Positions 1-10,556 of a DNA stretch of 64,000 bases are shown here, piece after piece. The DNA comes from an uncultured delta proteobacterium. GTDB lineage: Bacteria > Desulfobacterota > Binatia > UBA9968. Each line of letters starts with the position of its first letter. Positions within the stretch are counted from its first letter, which is position 1. The notes beneath the pieces are model-generated. The model worked only from the letters and a program-made list of their open reading frames with translations, was not told the origin of the DNA and searched no databases. Made by a program: the position numbers and the translations under genes. The stretch covers positions 384,001 to 448,000 of the forward strand of contig CAVUZH010000018.1 in the NCBI GenBank assembly GCA_963745835.1. The letters are read 5' to 3'.

Positions 1-943
1 GCAGCTTTGTCGGCCGCGTGCGCGCGTTCGTTCACGCGGGAGAGCTTTTCCAAGTCGGCAAACGGTTTCGCCGTATCGATGCGGCCGAGTTCGTAGAGAT
101 AATCGGGTACATAGCCGCTCAGCAAAACTTTCCATGACATCGGCGGCGAGTCGGGATTAATCCGCGTGTGCATGAGAATGCTCGTCGTGCAGTTGGTAGT
201 CAGTGTATTGTAAAAGCGCGGCTGCTCGCACAGGTCGTTCATCGCCTGAATGTAATCGAGAAAGCTCCGCCGGATGTTTCTCTGCGGCGTGCGCGTGCGA
301 TAGATGTAAACATCTTCCTGCGGCTGGCGATATGTCGTCCGTACCCGGATCACGTCACGCTCGTCGGCGACGACGTAGTAAAGCTCGTATCGGCGAAAAA
401 AACCCGCGAGGGTCGAATAACTTTCGCCCTTTTCCTTGCGCGTCTCGATAGACACCGCCAAGTAGTCCTGATCTTGGAACCCGAAGCTGACCATGATGTG
501 GGCGACTGCTTTGCCTGTCCAGTAGACGGCGATGATATCGACGGAATCGAGCTTGCGCAGGTCGTAGGTGCGATCCTCCCAGCGCGGCGTAAAATCGCTT
601 TCGCTCCGGTATTCGAAGTTCCTCACGCCGCGGATCGTCACCAGATCACCGTTTACGGTTGCATGCGGCGTAACCGACACGTCAGGCTGCCAGTCGCGAT
701 TGTTAGACGCGGGTATGCGGAGGAACAAGATCACCAAGACTGCGAAGATAGCGAGCGCGGCAACGGCCGTTCTGCCCGGAGAGGGAAGCAGTGCAAAGGC
801 TAAAATCTTGCCGTGCCGTAGCTCGCGGCGGCAAAAGCGCGCCACCGCGCCGGCAACAGCGGCGAGAAATACAACGCGCCAACTCCCCACAGCGTTATCG
901 CGGTCATCGTGATCCCAAGTAAAATGTTAATAAAAACTCTCAC
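1..943 (-). CDS. DUF4105 (Lnb N-terminal-like) membrane protein, paralog of 7880..8878; runs off window edge; frameshifted
   Basis: GTG at 943 with AGGAG at 956-960 (- strand); reads MRVFINILLGITMTAITLWGVGALYFSPLLP; downstream sequence is collinear with 7880..8878 (SIETRKEKGESYSTLAGFF, YNTLTTNCTTSILMH); single-base indels near 805 and 570-660. Confidence 0.85.
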
Positions 944-1064
944 GCTCGCCTGACTCTCCTGCCGGATTCTCGCCAAGATTGCACCTTTTATTCTTCCATT
1001 TAATCAGGCAAGTCTTTTTCTCATCGCGGCGGGTTGGCCGCGAATCGGCGGGGCGCCTCTTTTG

Positions 1065-2952
1065 CTATGCTGATTCCAATTCGGAAACCGTCTTGAAGAC
1101 TGTTGGCGACATCACTGGCCGAGCCGAAATAAGCACCGGATCGAGCCGGGCCAGCAATTGTTGGATTTTCGGGATCTGAGCGAGCGCGGCCTGTTCGCCA
1201 ACTGCAAAAAGTTCCCTTGCGCGCATGAACTCCGACAGGTCGAAATCGACGACTTCGGGCTCGATCACCACCTCCGCCGGTTGGACGCCGATCGCGTTGA
1301 GGCTGACATTCTGCACTTCCAGGGTGCGGAGCAACGTTTGCAGGCTTGACGGAATTCGCATGCTGTAGCGTGGGTGTATCCGGCGTGTTGGCACCAAACT
1401 GCCTTGCGATCTTGGCTGTAACGCTCACGGCAATCACGAAGTTACAGCCCTGAGACGTAAGCACATCCGCGGGAATATTATTTATTATCCCGCCATCGAT
1501 CAGCGCCTGTCCGTTCCGGCAGATGGGGGCTGAGAGCATAGGCAAATTGATGCTTTCGAGAATCGCCTGCACGGCGTCTCCCCGGTCTCTGACTACCGCT
1601 TGCCCACTCACCAGATCGGCGGTAACGGTGAAACACGGCACCGCCAGTTGCTCCAACTTCCAGTCGTGCAGGTACTTTCGCAGCTTGGTATCGAACTGGC
1701 CGCTGCGGTAGTTGTACAAGAGGTACCAGTAGCCGCCGTTGGGAAGATGACGGAAGATCCACGGGGGTTTCAGATCGGCCCCGAAACGGCTGGTTAGATA
1801 GTCGCAATCCAGACCGGCGGAATACAGGACCCCGGTCATGGCCCCGACGCTCGTGCCCGCGATCATATCGGCGACGATGCCATTCTGATCGAGGGCGTTG
1901 AGCACACCGAGGTGCGCCATGCCGCGGGCAGCCCCGCCGCCCAGGGCGACGCCGATCCTGACGCCCCGCAGGAAATGGACTAGGCGCTCCATGCCAACGG
2001 AATGCACCTTGCCCCAGGGATGCGGAAGCGGCGATTCGCAGATTTTGAATTCCCGGCTCGCGAAGTCCTGGAATTCCGGCACCACGGGCGCCACGCTGCT
2101 GCCCTCTTCCAGCACCCATACGAGCGCGATCTTGTCGCGCCAGCCTTGTGACGCCAAGTCCAACGGGCGCAACCGCTCTATGGCTGAGCTGATCTCACGC
2201 GGCCGAATGAACCCCAAGACGCAATCGGCTGGCCTCAAGAGCACGTCCCAGTTCAGGTTCTGAGCAGCAGTGACATCGAGCACGATACGGCTGGCCTGGT
2301 TCCACTCAGCAATTTGTCCGCGAATCTCCTCCACCTTCATGAGCCGGTTGCCGTCCAACAGCGAACGGAACCTTACATTGGGTATCGACCGCCAGGAATC
2401 CGCGTCGCTGAGAACGGAGACCGCTTCGCCCAAACCTTGCAGGCGCCCGATGATCTGCTGAGCGAGGTTTCGCGTCGCCGGCGATTCGTGGAGCATCGCG
2501 AGCAACTTCGGCGCCCGCGCGGAAGCGGGCTCGAAGAACCGCCGCCGCAGGCTGCGGGCGTAGGTCTGTAACCACTGCCGGCGTAGTTCGGGGTTCAGGA
2601 GCATCAGCTCCATCGCCTTTTCGTAATCCAGGCTCAGGATCGTCGAGGGCTCCAGCGCGAAAATTCTGACGGGGATGGATTCGCCGAGGCCGCCGAACAT
2701 CATGCCGTACTGGTCGCCGCGCTCGAATATCTGAAAGAGATGCTCATCGCCGCGCGAGTCCACGCGCACGGCTTTTAGCCGACCGCGGAGTATGAAGCAG
2801 ATTGCCGTGAGCGGATCGTTGAGCTGGTGGATGACCGCAGCAGGTTCGTAGTTCGTAACGTCCGCCAAGCTGGCAATTTCCCCGAGTACAGCACCGCTGA
2901 TGCCGCGAAAGTAATCATGTGCCTTGAGCAGGTCAATGACATCCTCGTACAT
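1065..2952 (-). CDS. cNMP-binding domain + patatin-like phospholipase (NTE/RssA-like); frameshift near 1350
   Basis: N-terminal CAP/cNMP-like region; patatin motifs GGGAARG, GTSVG (GxSxG) and DGG; C-terminus continues in ORF 1065..1397. Confidence 0.85.
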
Positions 2953-3187
2953 AGTGTTTGCTCTGTGCTGTTCTTGCGAACGAGATCCGAACCCTCCTGG
3001 CCGCCGTCGCGGCGGTCTTCACCCCTTTACAGCCTCAATGTTCTGAGCCAACCCCTCGACCAGGTTCACTGTCCCATTCCAAGCCGTATAAACTTACTTC
3101 TGGCGGAAGGCTTTGGTACATCAAGGCGATGCGATCAAGAACTCTGCGAGAGGAAGAACTATATCGCGGAAAGTATTTCCCTCATTA

Positions 3188-3386
3188 TCCTTCGAAAATT
3201 GCGGCTGAGGTGAAGAGATGCGACTCCCCAAGATCGTCACCCCCGAATGTTTTAATCGGGGGTCTAGTCCGAATTCCGCCTGGACATTCCCGCTAGAAGC
3301 ATGCGGGAATGACAGACTCGTCCAAGAATTAGCGGCTTGAAGGACGTACTCCATTTCATTCTCTGTAGGCGAGCGTAAGCTCATGA
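3188..3386. repeat. ~200-bp intergenic repeat, copy 1, with internal REP-like hairpins
   Basis: Aligns end to end with 10022..10375; internal CCCCCGAA..TCGGGGG and ATTCCCGC..GCGGGAAT inverted repeats. Confidence 0.85.
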
Positions 3387-3434
3387 ATCACTTCGTGGTC
3401 CAGTTCCTTGTAGCAAAAGAAGAGCTCCCCTGTG

Positions 3435-3454
3435 TATTGGACCAAAGACCAATA
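3435..3454. promoter_or_regulatory. Palindromic operator site 1 (TATTGGACCAAAGACCAATA), between divergent patatin and porin genes
   Basis: One mismatch to the consensus shared by 7 other intergenic copies; TGCTACAAG -10-like element 22 nt away on the - strand. Confidence 0.8.
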
Positions 3455-3730
3455 TACAACCCGCTAGGCGTTGCGGGATAAGGCAATGATGGAAACTGCA
3501 AAATTCTGAAGATGGTCGTGACTTTGCCGTAGAGGAATCATGTTCACGAAGGAGGATTAACCCGCAATCGAGGAATCTGTGTTTCAGAAATAAAGACAAA
3601 ACGCAAAGGATTACACAGGAGCAAGCCCGAGATAAGAGACGGATTTGAAAACGGAACTCCGTTTCCTCTGTATTTCTGCTATCGGAAAGCGCCTGTATCT
3701 TCTAAAAAGCATCTGAGTTGAGCGCTCGAC

Positions 3731-5212
3731 GTGGAACAAAGTGGAGAGACACAAAGCGGCGGAATCAAAAAAATTCTGAAGCTTAAAGCCACGCTACTCA
3801 CGACCAGCCTTGTTTGTGTGCTGGTCATGCCTTTCAAAGGCGTGGCACAGAAAACCACCACGAGGGATGCTGCCGATGTCACGGCTGCCGATACCAAGAA
3901 GGACGAGTCACCGGCGCCGTCACCCAACTACTCGGGCGACTTCTGGAGCCGGTCGACCCTCAGCGGCGACTGGGGTGGACTGCGCAACGAGTTAGCGGCG
4001 CGAGGGGTGACCCTTGACATAAGCCTGACTCAGTCCGCGCAAGGGATCGTTCACGGCGGCAAAGACACCGGTTGGCAGTATAGCGGCGGGCGCGGCGATA
4101 TCATCCTCAATCTGGACACGCAGAAACTCGGCCTGTGGCCCGGCGGTTTTTTTAACCTCGAAGCCGAAGGCAATTTCATCCCGGCAGATAATTTACGAAA
4201 GTCGATCAACGGCAGAACCGGCGCGCTGATGTACGTCAACAACAGCCAGATATATCCGACAACCGCGGGCGACAACTTCAACCTACCTGCGATCAATTTT
4301 ACTCAAAACGTTTCACCCTACTTCGGTTTGACGATCGGCAAGTACGCCACCATCACCTCCACCTCTGGAGATATGAACGAGTTTGCTCATGGCAAAGGCG
4401 ACACTCAGTTCATGAATATGGCATTCAACGTAAATCCGGTTACCGCTTTGACCGTGCCCTATTCCACCTTGGGAATCGGCGTGATCGCGTGGCCGACGAA
4501 AGATCCTAAGCACTCGATATTGAGTTTTTATTTAATGTCATCGACCGGCAAAGCCAGCACCAGCGGCTTCGATGATCTGGACGACGATAATTTGACTTTT
4601 GCCGGTGAGGGGCAAGTGAGGACGGACTTTTTCGGTCTGACCGGACATCAGCTTTTCGGCGCGATCTTCTCGAACAGGAAATTTTCGTCGCTCGATCAAA
4701 ACGCGCGCTTCATCTTCGAGAACGGAGCTCTCGAGGGTAAGAAAGGCTCGTGGAACGTCTACTATAACTTCGATCAGTACGTCTATGAGCCTAAGAAAGG
4801 GTCCGGAGAAGGCATCGGAGTTTTTGGCCGCTTCGGCGCGTCGGACGGCAATCCCAACTTCATGCATTTTTTCTACAGCTTGGGGATCGGCGGCAAAGGG
4901 GTGATTCCCAACCGCGTAAGCGACCAGTACGGTTTTGGTTTTTACTACATCGATGTCAATAGCCCGACATTGGAAGGTTTGTTTCAGAGTATCAAATTGC
5001 TGCGCGACGAGTACGGGTTCGAGGCGTTTTACAATTTCGCCATAACCCCGTGGCTACAATTCACGCCTGACATTCAAGTTGTCCGAGGCGCGCAGAAGGA
5101 AAAGGTCACCATCGGCACCGGTCCCGGCCCCTTGGGAGTACCTTTCATCGCCAGCCGGAAAAGCATCGGTACCGCGACGGTCCTTGGACTGAGACTGAAA
5201 ATGGTGTTCTGA
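3731..5212 (+). CDS. OprB-family carbohydrate-selective porin
   Basis: Signal-like N-terminus, TLSGDWGGLRNELAARGV motif, EAFYNFAITPWLQFTPDIQ, C-terminal Phe; start codon uncertain. Confidence 0.85.
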   Translation: MEQSGETQSGGIKKILKLKATLLTTSLVCVLVMPFKGVAQKTTTRDAADVTAADTKKDESPAPSPNYSGDFWSRSTLSGDWGGLRNELAARGVTLDISLTQSAQGIVHGGKDTGWQYSGGRGDIILNLDTQKLGLWPGGFFNLEAEGNFIPADNLRKSINGRTGALMYVNNSQIYPTTAGDNFNLPAINFTQNVSPYFGLTIGKYATITSTSGDMNEFAHGKGDTQFMNMAFNVNPVTALTVPYSTLGIGVIAWPTKDPKHSILSFYLMSSTGKASTSGFDDLDDDNLTFAGEGQVRTDFFGLTGHQLFGAIFSNRKFSSLDQNARFIFENGALEGKKGSWNVYYNFDQYVYEPKKGSGEGIGVFGRFGASDGNPNFMHFFYSLGIGGKGVIPNRVSDQYGFGFYYIDVNSPTLEGLFQSIKLLRDEYGFEAFYNFAITPWLQFTPDIQVVRGAQKEKVTIGTGPGPLGVPFIASRKSIGTATVLGLRLKMVF

Positions 5213-5300
5213 AGAGGCGGAGGGCAGAGTAACGAGGCACGGGTAGCCAAAATACTTTCCTATCCCAAACCCAATGCGGAGAATTAAGGAGGATAGCGCA

Positions 5301-6041
5301 ATGACGATTTTAAGATTGGCAGTCGCTATGATCACGGTATTGGCCACTGGGCCTACAGGCACGATCCTGGCGCAACACTGGGGGTACGAGGGCGAAGCGG
5401 GCCCGCAGAACTGGGGCAAGCTCGACGTGAAATTTGCAGCATGTACGAGCGGCAGGAATCAATCGCCGATCGATCTCAAGGGATTTGTTCAAGCCGATAT
5501 GAAGCCGCTCAAGCTCGATTATAAAGCCAATGCCGCTGATATCGTCAATAATGGGCACACGGTGCAGATCAACTACACTTCAGGAAGCATCCTTTCCGTG
5601 GACGGCATTTCATTTGAACTCAAGCAGTTCCATTTTCATTCGCCGAGTGAAAACAAGATCAATGGTAAGCAGTTTCCGCTGGAAAGCCACCTAGTCCACG
5701 CCGACAAGGACGGCAATCTCGCCGTGGTAGCAGTGATGTTTCAGGAAGGCGCTGCGAACACACTGCTCGGAAAACTCTGGGAGAAAATGCCGAACAAAGT
5801 CGGCGAGAAGAGCGAGCTTCCAACTGGGCTGAGTGTGTCCCAACTGCTACCCAAGGAACGCGATTATTATCGCTTCAACGGATCGCTCACTACGCCGCCG
5901 TGCAGTGAAGGCGTACGCTGGTTCGTCATAAAGAAGCCAGTTACGGCGTCCAACGCGCAGATCCAGCAGTTTTCCAAGGCGATCGGGTTCGCCAACAATC
6001 GCCCGATTCAGTCGACAAACGCGCGCTTTGTCCTACAATAG
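5301..6041 (+). CDS. cah: Periplasmic alpha-carbonic anhydrase
   Basis: HWGY, QSPID, QFHFHSPSE and LESHLVH zinc ligands, GSLTTPPCSE; AAGGAGG upstream. Confidence 0.93.
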   Translation: MTILRLAVAMITVLATGPTGTILAQHWGYEGEAGPQNWGKLDVKFAACTSGRNQSPIDLKGFVQADMKPLKLDYKANAADIVNNGHTVQINYTSGSILSVDGISFELKQFHFHSPSENKINGKQFPLESHLVHADKDGNLAVVAVMFQEGAANTLLGKLWEKMPNKVGEKSELPTGLSVSQLLPKERDYYRFNGSLTTPPCSEGVRWFVIKKPVTASNAQIQQFSKAIGFANNRPIQSTNARFVLQ

Positions 6042-6111
6042 AGGAGCGCGCGATGCGCTCTGAGCACTGCGATTGCGCAGAGAAGAAGGGGAAAAAAGTG
6101 TGATCAAGACG

Positions 6112-6204
6112 ATGACTAAGCTTCTCGTTCGCATCTTGCTTGGGATCATCATAGCCGGGATGACGGCTTGGGCGGCCTGGGCGATTTATCAATCGCCGCT
6201 GTAG
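6112..6204 (+). pseudogene. 30-aa ORF matching only the N-terminal TM helix of the DUF4105 genes (remnant or micro-protein)
   Basis: MTKLLVRILLGIIIAGMTAWAAWAIYQSPL* versus ILLGITMTAITLWGVGALYFSPL in the paralogs. Confidence 0.55.
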
Positions 6205-6264
6205 CGTAAGAAATTTCGATTATCGACAATATCATCGCCCATGGGGACGAAGGGGGTGATCGAA

Positions 6265-7831
6265 ATGGCAAAACGACTAAGAATCTGTCTCATCAATCCC
6301 AAGTTTGAACCGTCCTATTGGGGATTTGAATATGCGTTACCGCTTTACCCCGGCAAAAAAAAATCTTCGATGATCACCGGAGCGCTGCCCTATCTCGCCG
6401 GGCTGATTCCGGATCACGATGTGCGGTTGCTTGACGAAAATGTCGAAGAGATTCGGTGGCAGGAGCTTGGGAATTTCGACATTGTCGGCGTGACCGGTAT
6501 GAACGTGCAAAAGGAACGGATGCGGCAGATTCTCGAAAAGCTACGGCCCATGAACGTTCTCACCGTCGTTGGCGGGGCCTACGCATCGGTGGATGAACTC
6601 TTTTTCGACGGCTGGTGCAACGTTCTTTTCTCCGGCGAGGCCGATGAGACTTGGCCCGAATTTGTCCGTTGCGTCGCTGCAGGAAAGCCGTACGATGCGA
6701 TGTACAAACAACAGCATCCAACCGACATGACCCGTGTCGCCAAGCCGCGCTTCGATCTGCTCAAGGTCGAGCGTTACGCTTCAGGCGCGCTTCAGTTTTC
6801 GCGCGGCTGTCCGTTTCAGTGTGAATTTTGCGACATCATCGTTACGTTTGGGCGCCGCCCCAGAACCAAAAATCCACAGCAAGTTTTGGAAGAACTGGAC
6901 GAGATGCGCCGGGTCGGTTTTTTCTCCTGCTTTATTGTCGACGACAATTTCATCGGCAATAAGAAAGCCGCCAAAGAGCTGCTTCGACTGATCGTCCCTT
7001 GGCAAAAGAAACATGGCTATCCGTTGCGTCTGACCACCGAAGCGAGCATCAACCTGGCGGACGATGCCGAGCTGCTGGAACTTCTGTACCAGGCCAATTT
7101 TCGCTCGGTATTTATCGGGATCGAGACTCCCAGGGCGGCGTCCCTCAAGGAGACCAAGAAATTTCAGAACATCCGTGGGCGACTCCCTCGAAGCAAAGCT
7201 CGCCAGGATCCGCAACGCGGGGTTGGAGGTTAACGCGGGGTTTATCGTTGGCTTTGACAACGACGACAAGACGATCTTCGCGGATCAGTATCGGTTCATT
7301 CAGGACAACGGCATTCTTCTAGCCATGGTTGGAATGCTCACAGCGGTGCCGAAGACTCCCCTTTATGAACGGCTGAAACAGGACGGTCGTCTTAGGTTGG
7401 ACGACCTCAACTGTAACATCGTGCCGAAGCAGATGACCCCGTCTGAGCTGCAGCAAGGATATTGGGAACTACTCAAACGGTTATACGATCCTCAAGCCTT
7501 CTTTGACCGGTATTTCAAAATTAATGATTACCCTGGTTTCAAGCAGCGGCGTGCGGAGATCAGTGAGCGGGCCAATGAAGGCAAGGCGCTGCCGACGCTC
7601 GTATATGGCCTGCTGCTGCTTCGGAGTTTGGCGCTAGCTCTGTTTAGAGATGGCAGCTTGATGACGATCGGGGCTGTCTACCTGAAAAATTTTTTCCAGC
7701 GAAGTCTTCGGACGCGAGCCGATATTGTTGGCTTTGCGCAGTTTATGAACCGTTGCGTGACCCATTGGCATTTCTACAAGTTTACTGCCGAGGGAACCGC
7801 CGGCAAGCTGCGGCTGTTCAACTCGGGCTGA
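6265..7831 (+). CDS. B12-binding radical SAM protein (DUF4070/HpnP-like class); frameshift near 7175
   Basis: SRGCPFQCEFC (CxxxCxxC), N-terminal cobalamin-binding-like region, GFIVGFDND in the second frame. Confidence 0.85.
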
Positions 7832-7879
7832 CAAGCTGTTTGCCCAGCGTACGCAATCCCCAAGAGTTGGACCATCACG

Positions 7880-8878
7880 ATGAGAATCGCATTAAGGTTA
7901 TTCGTTGGCGTAGTGATTGGCGCGATAACTTTATGGGGCATCGGCGCGTTATATTTCTCACCGCTTTTGCCTAATGAATGGCGAGCAATCGGAGCGGGCG
8001 TGTACGCGCTGCTGACGATTCTGCTTTTTCTCTTTCTGCCCCGCCGCGGAAGAACCGCCGCCATGGCCATATTTGTCTTCGCGATTCTGGTTGTTTTGTT
8101 CTTGCGGATCCCCGCGTCGAATGATCGCGACTGGCAGCCGGACGTGGCCGTGACGCCTTATGCTAACATCAACGGTGATCTCGTTACGATTCACGGCGTG
8201 CGAAATTTCGACTATCGCAGCGAGACCGATTTTACGCCGCGTTGGGAAACGCGAACGTACGATCTTCGCAAACTCGACTCAGCGAATATCATCGCGGTTT
8301 ACTGGGCAGGTAAGGCAATTGCGCACATCATGGTCAGCTTCGGATTTGAAGGTAAGGACTACCTCGCCGTGTCCATCGAGACGCGCAAAGAGAAAGGCGA
8401 GAGTTATTCGACCCTCGCCGGTTTTTTTCGACAGTACGAGCTGTACTATGTGGTTGCCGATGAACGCGACGTGATTGGCGTGCGCACGACTTATCGCCAG
8501 CCGCAAGAGGACGTGTATGTTTACGGCGTCAACGGCAACCTTGAAAACATGCGACGGTTCTTTCTCGATTACGTAAAGGCGATTAACGATTTGCACCACA
8601 ATCCGACCTACTACAATACGTTGACGACCAACTGCACGACCAGCATTCTCATGCACGCGCGGATCAACCCGGAATCGCCACCCATGTCCTGGAAGATCCT
8701 GCTCAGCGGCTACGTTCCCGACTATCTTTACGAGCTGGGCCGGCTCGACACGACGAAAACCTTCCCAGAGTTAGAAAAGCTGTCGCACGTCAACGCGCGC
8801 GCTCACGCCGCCGACAAAGACCCGGCGTTTTCGCAGCGCATCAGGGAAGGGCTGCCAAAGCCAGCGCGATTGCGATGA
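7880..8878 (+). CDS. DUF4105 (Lnb N-terminal-like) membrane protein
   Basis: Three N-terminal TM helices, AHIMVSFGF, YNTLTTNCTT. Confidence 0.85.
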   Translation: MRIALRLFVGVVIGAITLWGIGALYFSPLLPNEWRAIGAGVYALLTILLFLFLPRRGRTAAMAIFVFAILVVLFLRIPASNDRDWQPDVAVTPYANINGDLVTIHGVRNFDYRSETDFTPRWETRTYDLRKLDSANIIAVYWAGKAIAHIMVSFGFEGKDYLAVSIETRKEKGESYSTLAGFFRQYELYYVVADERDVIGVRTTYRQPQEDVYVYGVNGNLENMRRFFLDYVKAINDLHHNPTYYNTLTTNCTTSILMHARINPESPPMSWKILLSGYVPDYLYELGRLDTTKTFPELEKLSHVNARAHAADKDPAFSQRIREGLPKPARLR

Positions 8879-9051
8879 AGAGTTCACTCTCGTTATTCAG
8901 AGATCGCGTTCTGAACAGCGGCGGATTCTTCGTGAGCATCTAGAGTTGAAATAGGTTCCAGTCTTGTCAATTCCGCGCTCTGGGCCAAGGCTCCCGAACT
9001 AAAGTACAACGTGCGGAACTGATTGCAGGACACATAAAGCTGGAGAATGTT

Positions 9052-9930
9052 ATGGTGAGCCTAACGTCTACGATTGAGAAACAACTGAATCGAAATTTTG
9101 TCATTTTCCACCCGTCGGATTTTTCTTCGACTAGCGAAGTTGCCTTTGGTCATGCGCTAAAAATCGCAATGCAGTCAAAGGCGAAGCTCGACATCATGCA
9201 TGTGGAGCCACGCGTTGGCCCGGAGAAGCGCTATGGGCTCGATTTCCCAGCTGTGCGAGCTACCCTGACTCGATGGGGTATCTTGCCTGAGGGTGTTCGG
9301 CCGTCAGAGGTCGCTAAGGCAGGGGTCCGAATACGAAAGATTCTAGCCTCTAGCACCGATCCGGTCGAAACCATGCTGCGGCATTTTGCCAAATTTCCAC
9401 CGGATTTAATCGTTCTGGCTACCCACCAGAGGGCAGGCATTGAACGCTGGTTGCACAAAGCAGTTGCAGAACCGCTCGCACGCCGGTCAGGAGCGATGAC
9501 GCTTTTTGTTCCGCGCAAAGGCAGAGGCTTTGTTTCGCTCAAAGACGGTTCGCTTGCACTGAAAAAAATTCTTATCCCTGTAGATCACGATCCCGATCCC
9601 CAAGTGGCTCTTGACAAGGCTTTGCTTCTGGTCCGAGGGCTTGATTGTCTCGTGGGAAAATTTTTATTGATTCATGTGGGATCGCGCTCCCGCAGAGCCG
9701 CACCCCAGGTTCATCTGCCCCCTGGGTCCGGATGGTTATTTGAGATCGCGGTCAGACACGGTCATGTTGTAGACGAAATCCTAACGACCGAGCGTGCGTG
9801 GCATCCCGATCTCATGGTACTCGCGACACAGGGACATCGGGACTTTGTCGATGCGCTGCGCGGAAGCACAACAGAACAAGTCCTGCGCGGCGCCCAATGT
9901 CCAGTACTCGCGGTTCCGGCTGCGAAGTAA
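9052..9930 (+). CDS. Tandem-domain universal stress protein
   Basis: HPSDFS, DLIVLATH..G, second domain ILIPVD and GSTTEQVLRGAQCPVLAV. Confidence 0.9.
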   Translation: MVSLTSTIEKQLNRNFVIFHPSDFSSTSEVAFGHALKIAMQSKAKLDIMHVEPRVGPEKRYGLDFPAVRATLTRWGILPEGVRPSEVAKAGVRIRKILASSTDPVETMLRHFAKFPPDLIVLATHQRAGIERWLHKAVAEPLARRSGAMTLFVPRKGRGFVSLKDGSLALKKILIPVDHDPDPQVALDKALLLVRGLDCLVGKFLLIHVGSRSRRAAPQVHLPPGSGWLFEIAVRHGHVVDEILTTERAWHPDLMVLATQGHRDFVDALRGSTTEQVLRGAQCPVLAVPAAK

Positions 9931-10021
9931 TCCCGGTAGTTAGATAACGTGATGAAACGAACGATCAATAAAGCTGGCAGTTGCAATGTATGACCGAAAA
10001 CCGTAGCTAGGGCGGTGATAC

Positions 10022-10375
10022 TCCTTCGAAAAACGCGGGCTGAGGTGAAGACATGCGACTCCCCAAGATCGTCACCCGGGAATGTTTTAAATCGGGGGTC
10101 CAATCCGAATTCCCCCTGGATTCCCGCTAGAGGCATGTGGGAATGACCGACTCGGCCGAGAATTAGCGGCTTGAAGGACGTACTCCATTTTGATTCTCTG
10201 TGGGCGAGTGTTAGCAGGCTGTTGAAAAAGGCCCATCTGCTTCGTTGCGCTTCGATCGCCTCGCTCCAACGTATCAGTAAATACGCCTCCGCTCGTTGAT
10301 TTCTCGCGCGCCTCGCATCTGGACCTTTTTGAACAGCCTGGGATCAGGGTTTTTCAACAGCCTGTTAGCTCATGA
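10022..10375. repeat. ~200-bp intergenic repeat, copy 2, interrupted by a MITE
   Basis: Matches 3188..3386 on both sides of the 10215..10364 insertion. Confidence 0.85.
10215..10364. mobile_element. 150-bp MITE with 15-bp terminal inverted repeats and TTAG target duplication
   Basis: CAGGCTGTTGAAAAA ... TTTTTCAACAGCCTG; TTAG at 10211-14 and 10365-68; empty site visible in repeat copy 1. Confidence 0.85.
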
Positions 10376-10556
10376 CATACTCCGTGGCAAACTCCATCTC
10401 ATACTCGCCGAAGGTTCGCCAATCTGAGAAAAGTGAAAGACTCTCAAGATTGACAAAAACCCCATCTTGCGAAGTGCGAAGTAGACGGATACCATTTTGT
10501 CCGCTCCTAACCGCGGGTATGCATTCTGTGGCCGTTTGGTATCAGTATAGCTTCGA

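Noticed and set aside
168-803. Long antisense ORFs (168..803, 8279..8656, 24872..26101, 48281..49534, 52261..52902, 59873..60382 and others)
   Set aside because: Shadow ORFs opposite well-supported genes in GC-rich DNA.
1065-2952. cNMP-patatin as an anti-phage (CBASS CapV-type) effector
   Set aside because: No CD-NTase or other defence genes nearby; the architecture is NTE/RssA-like.
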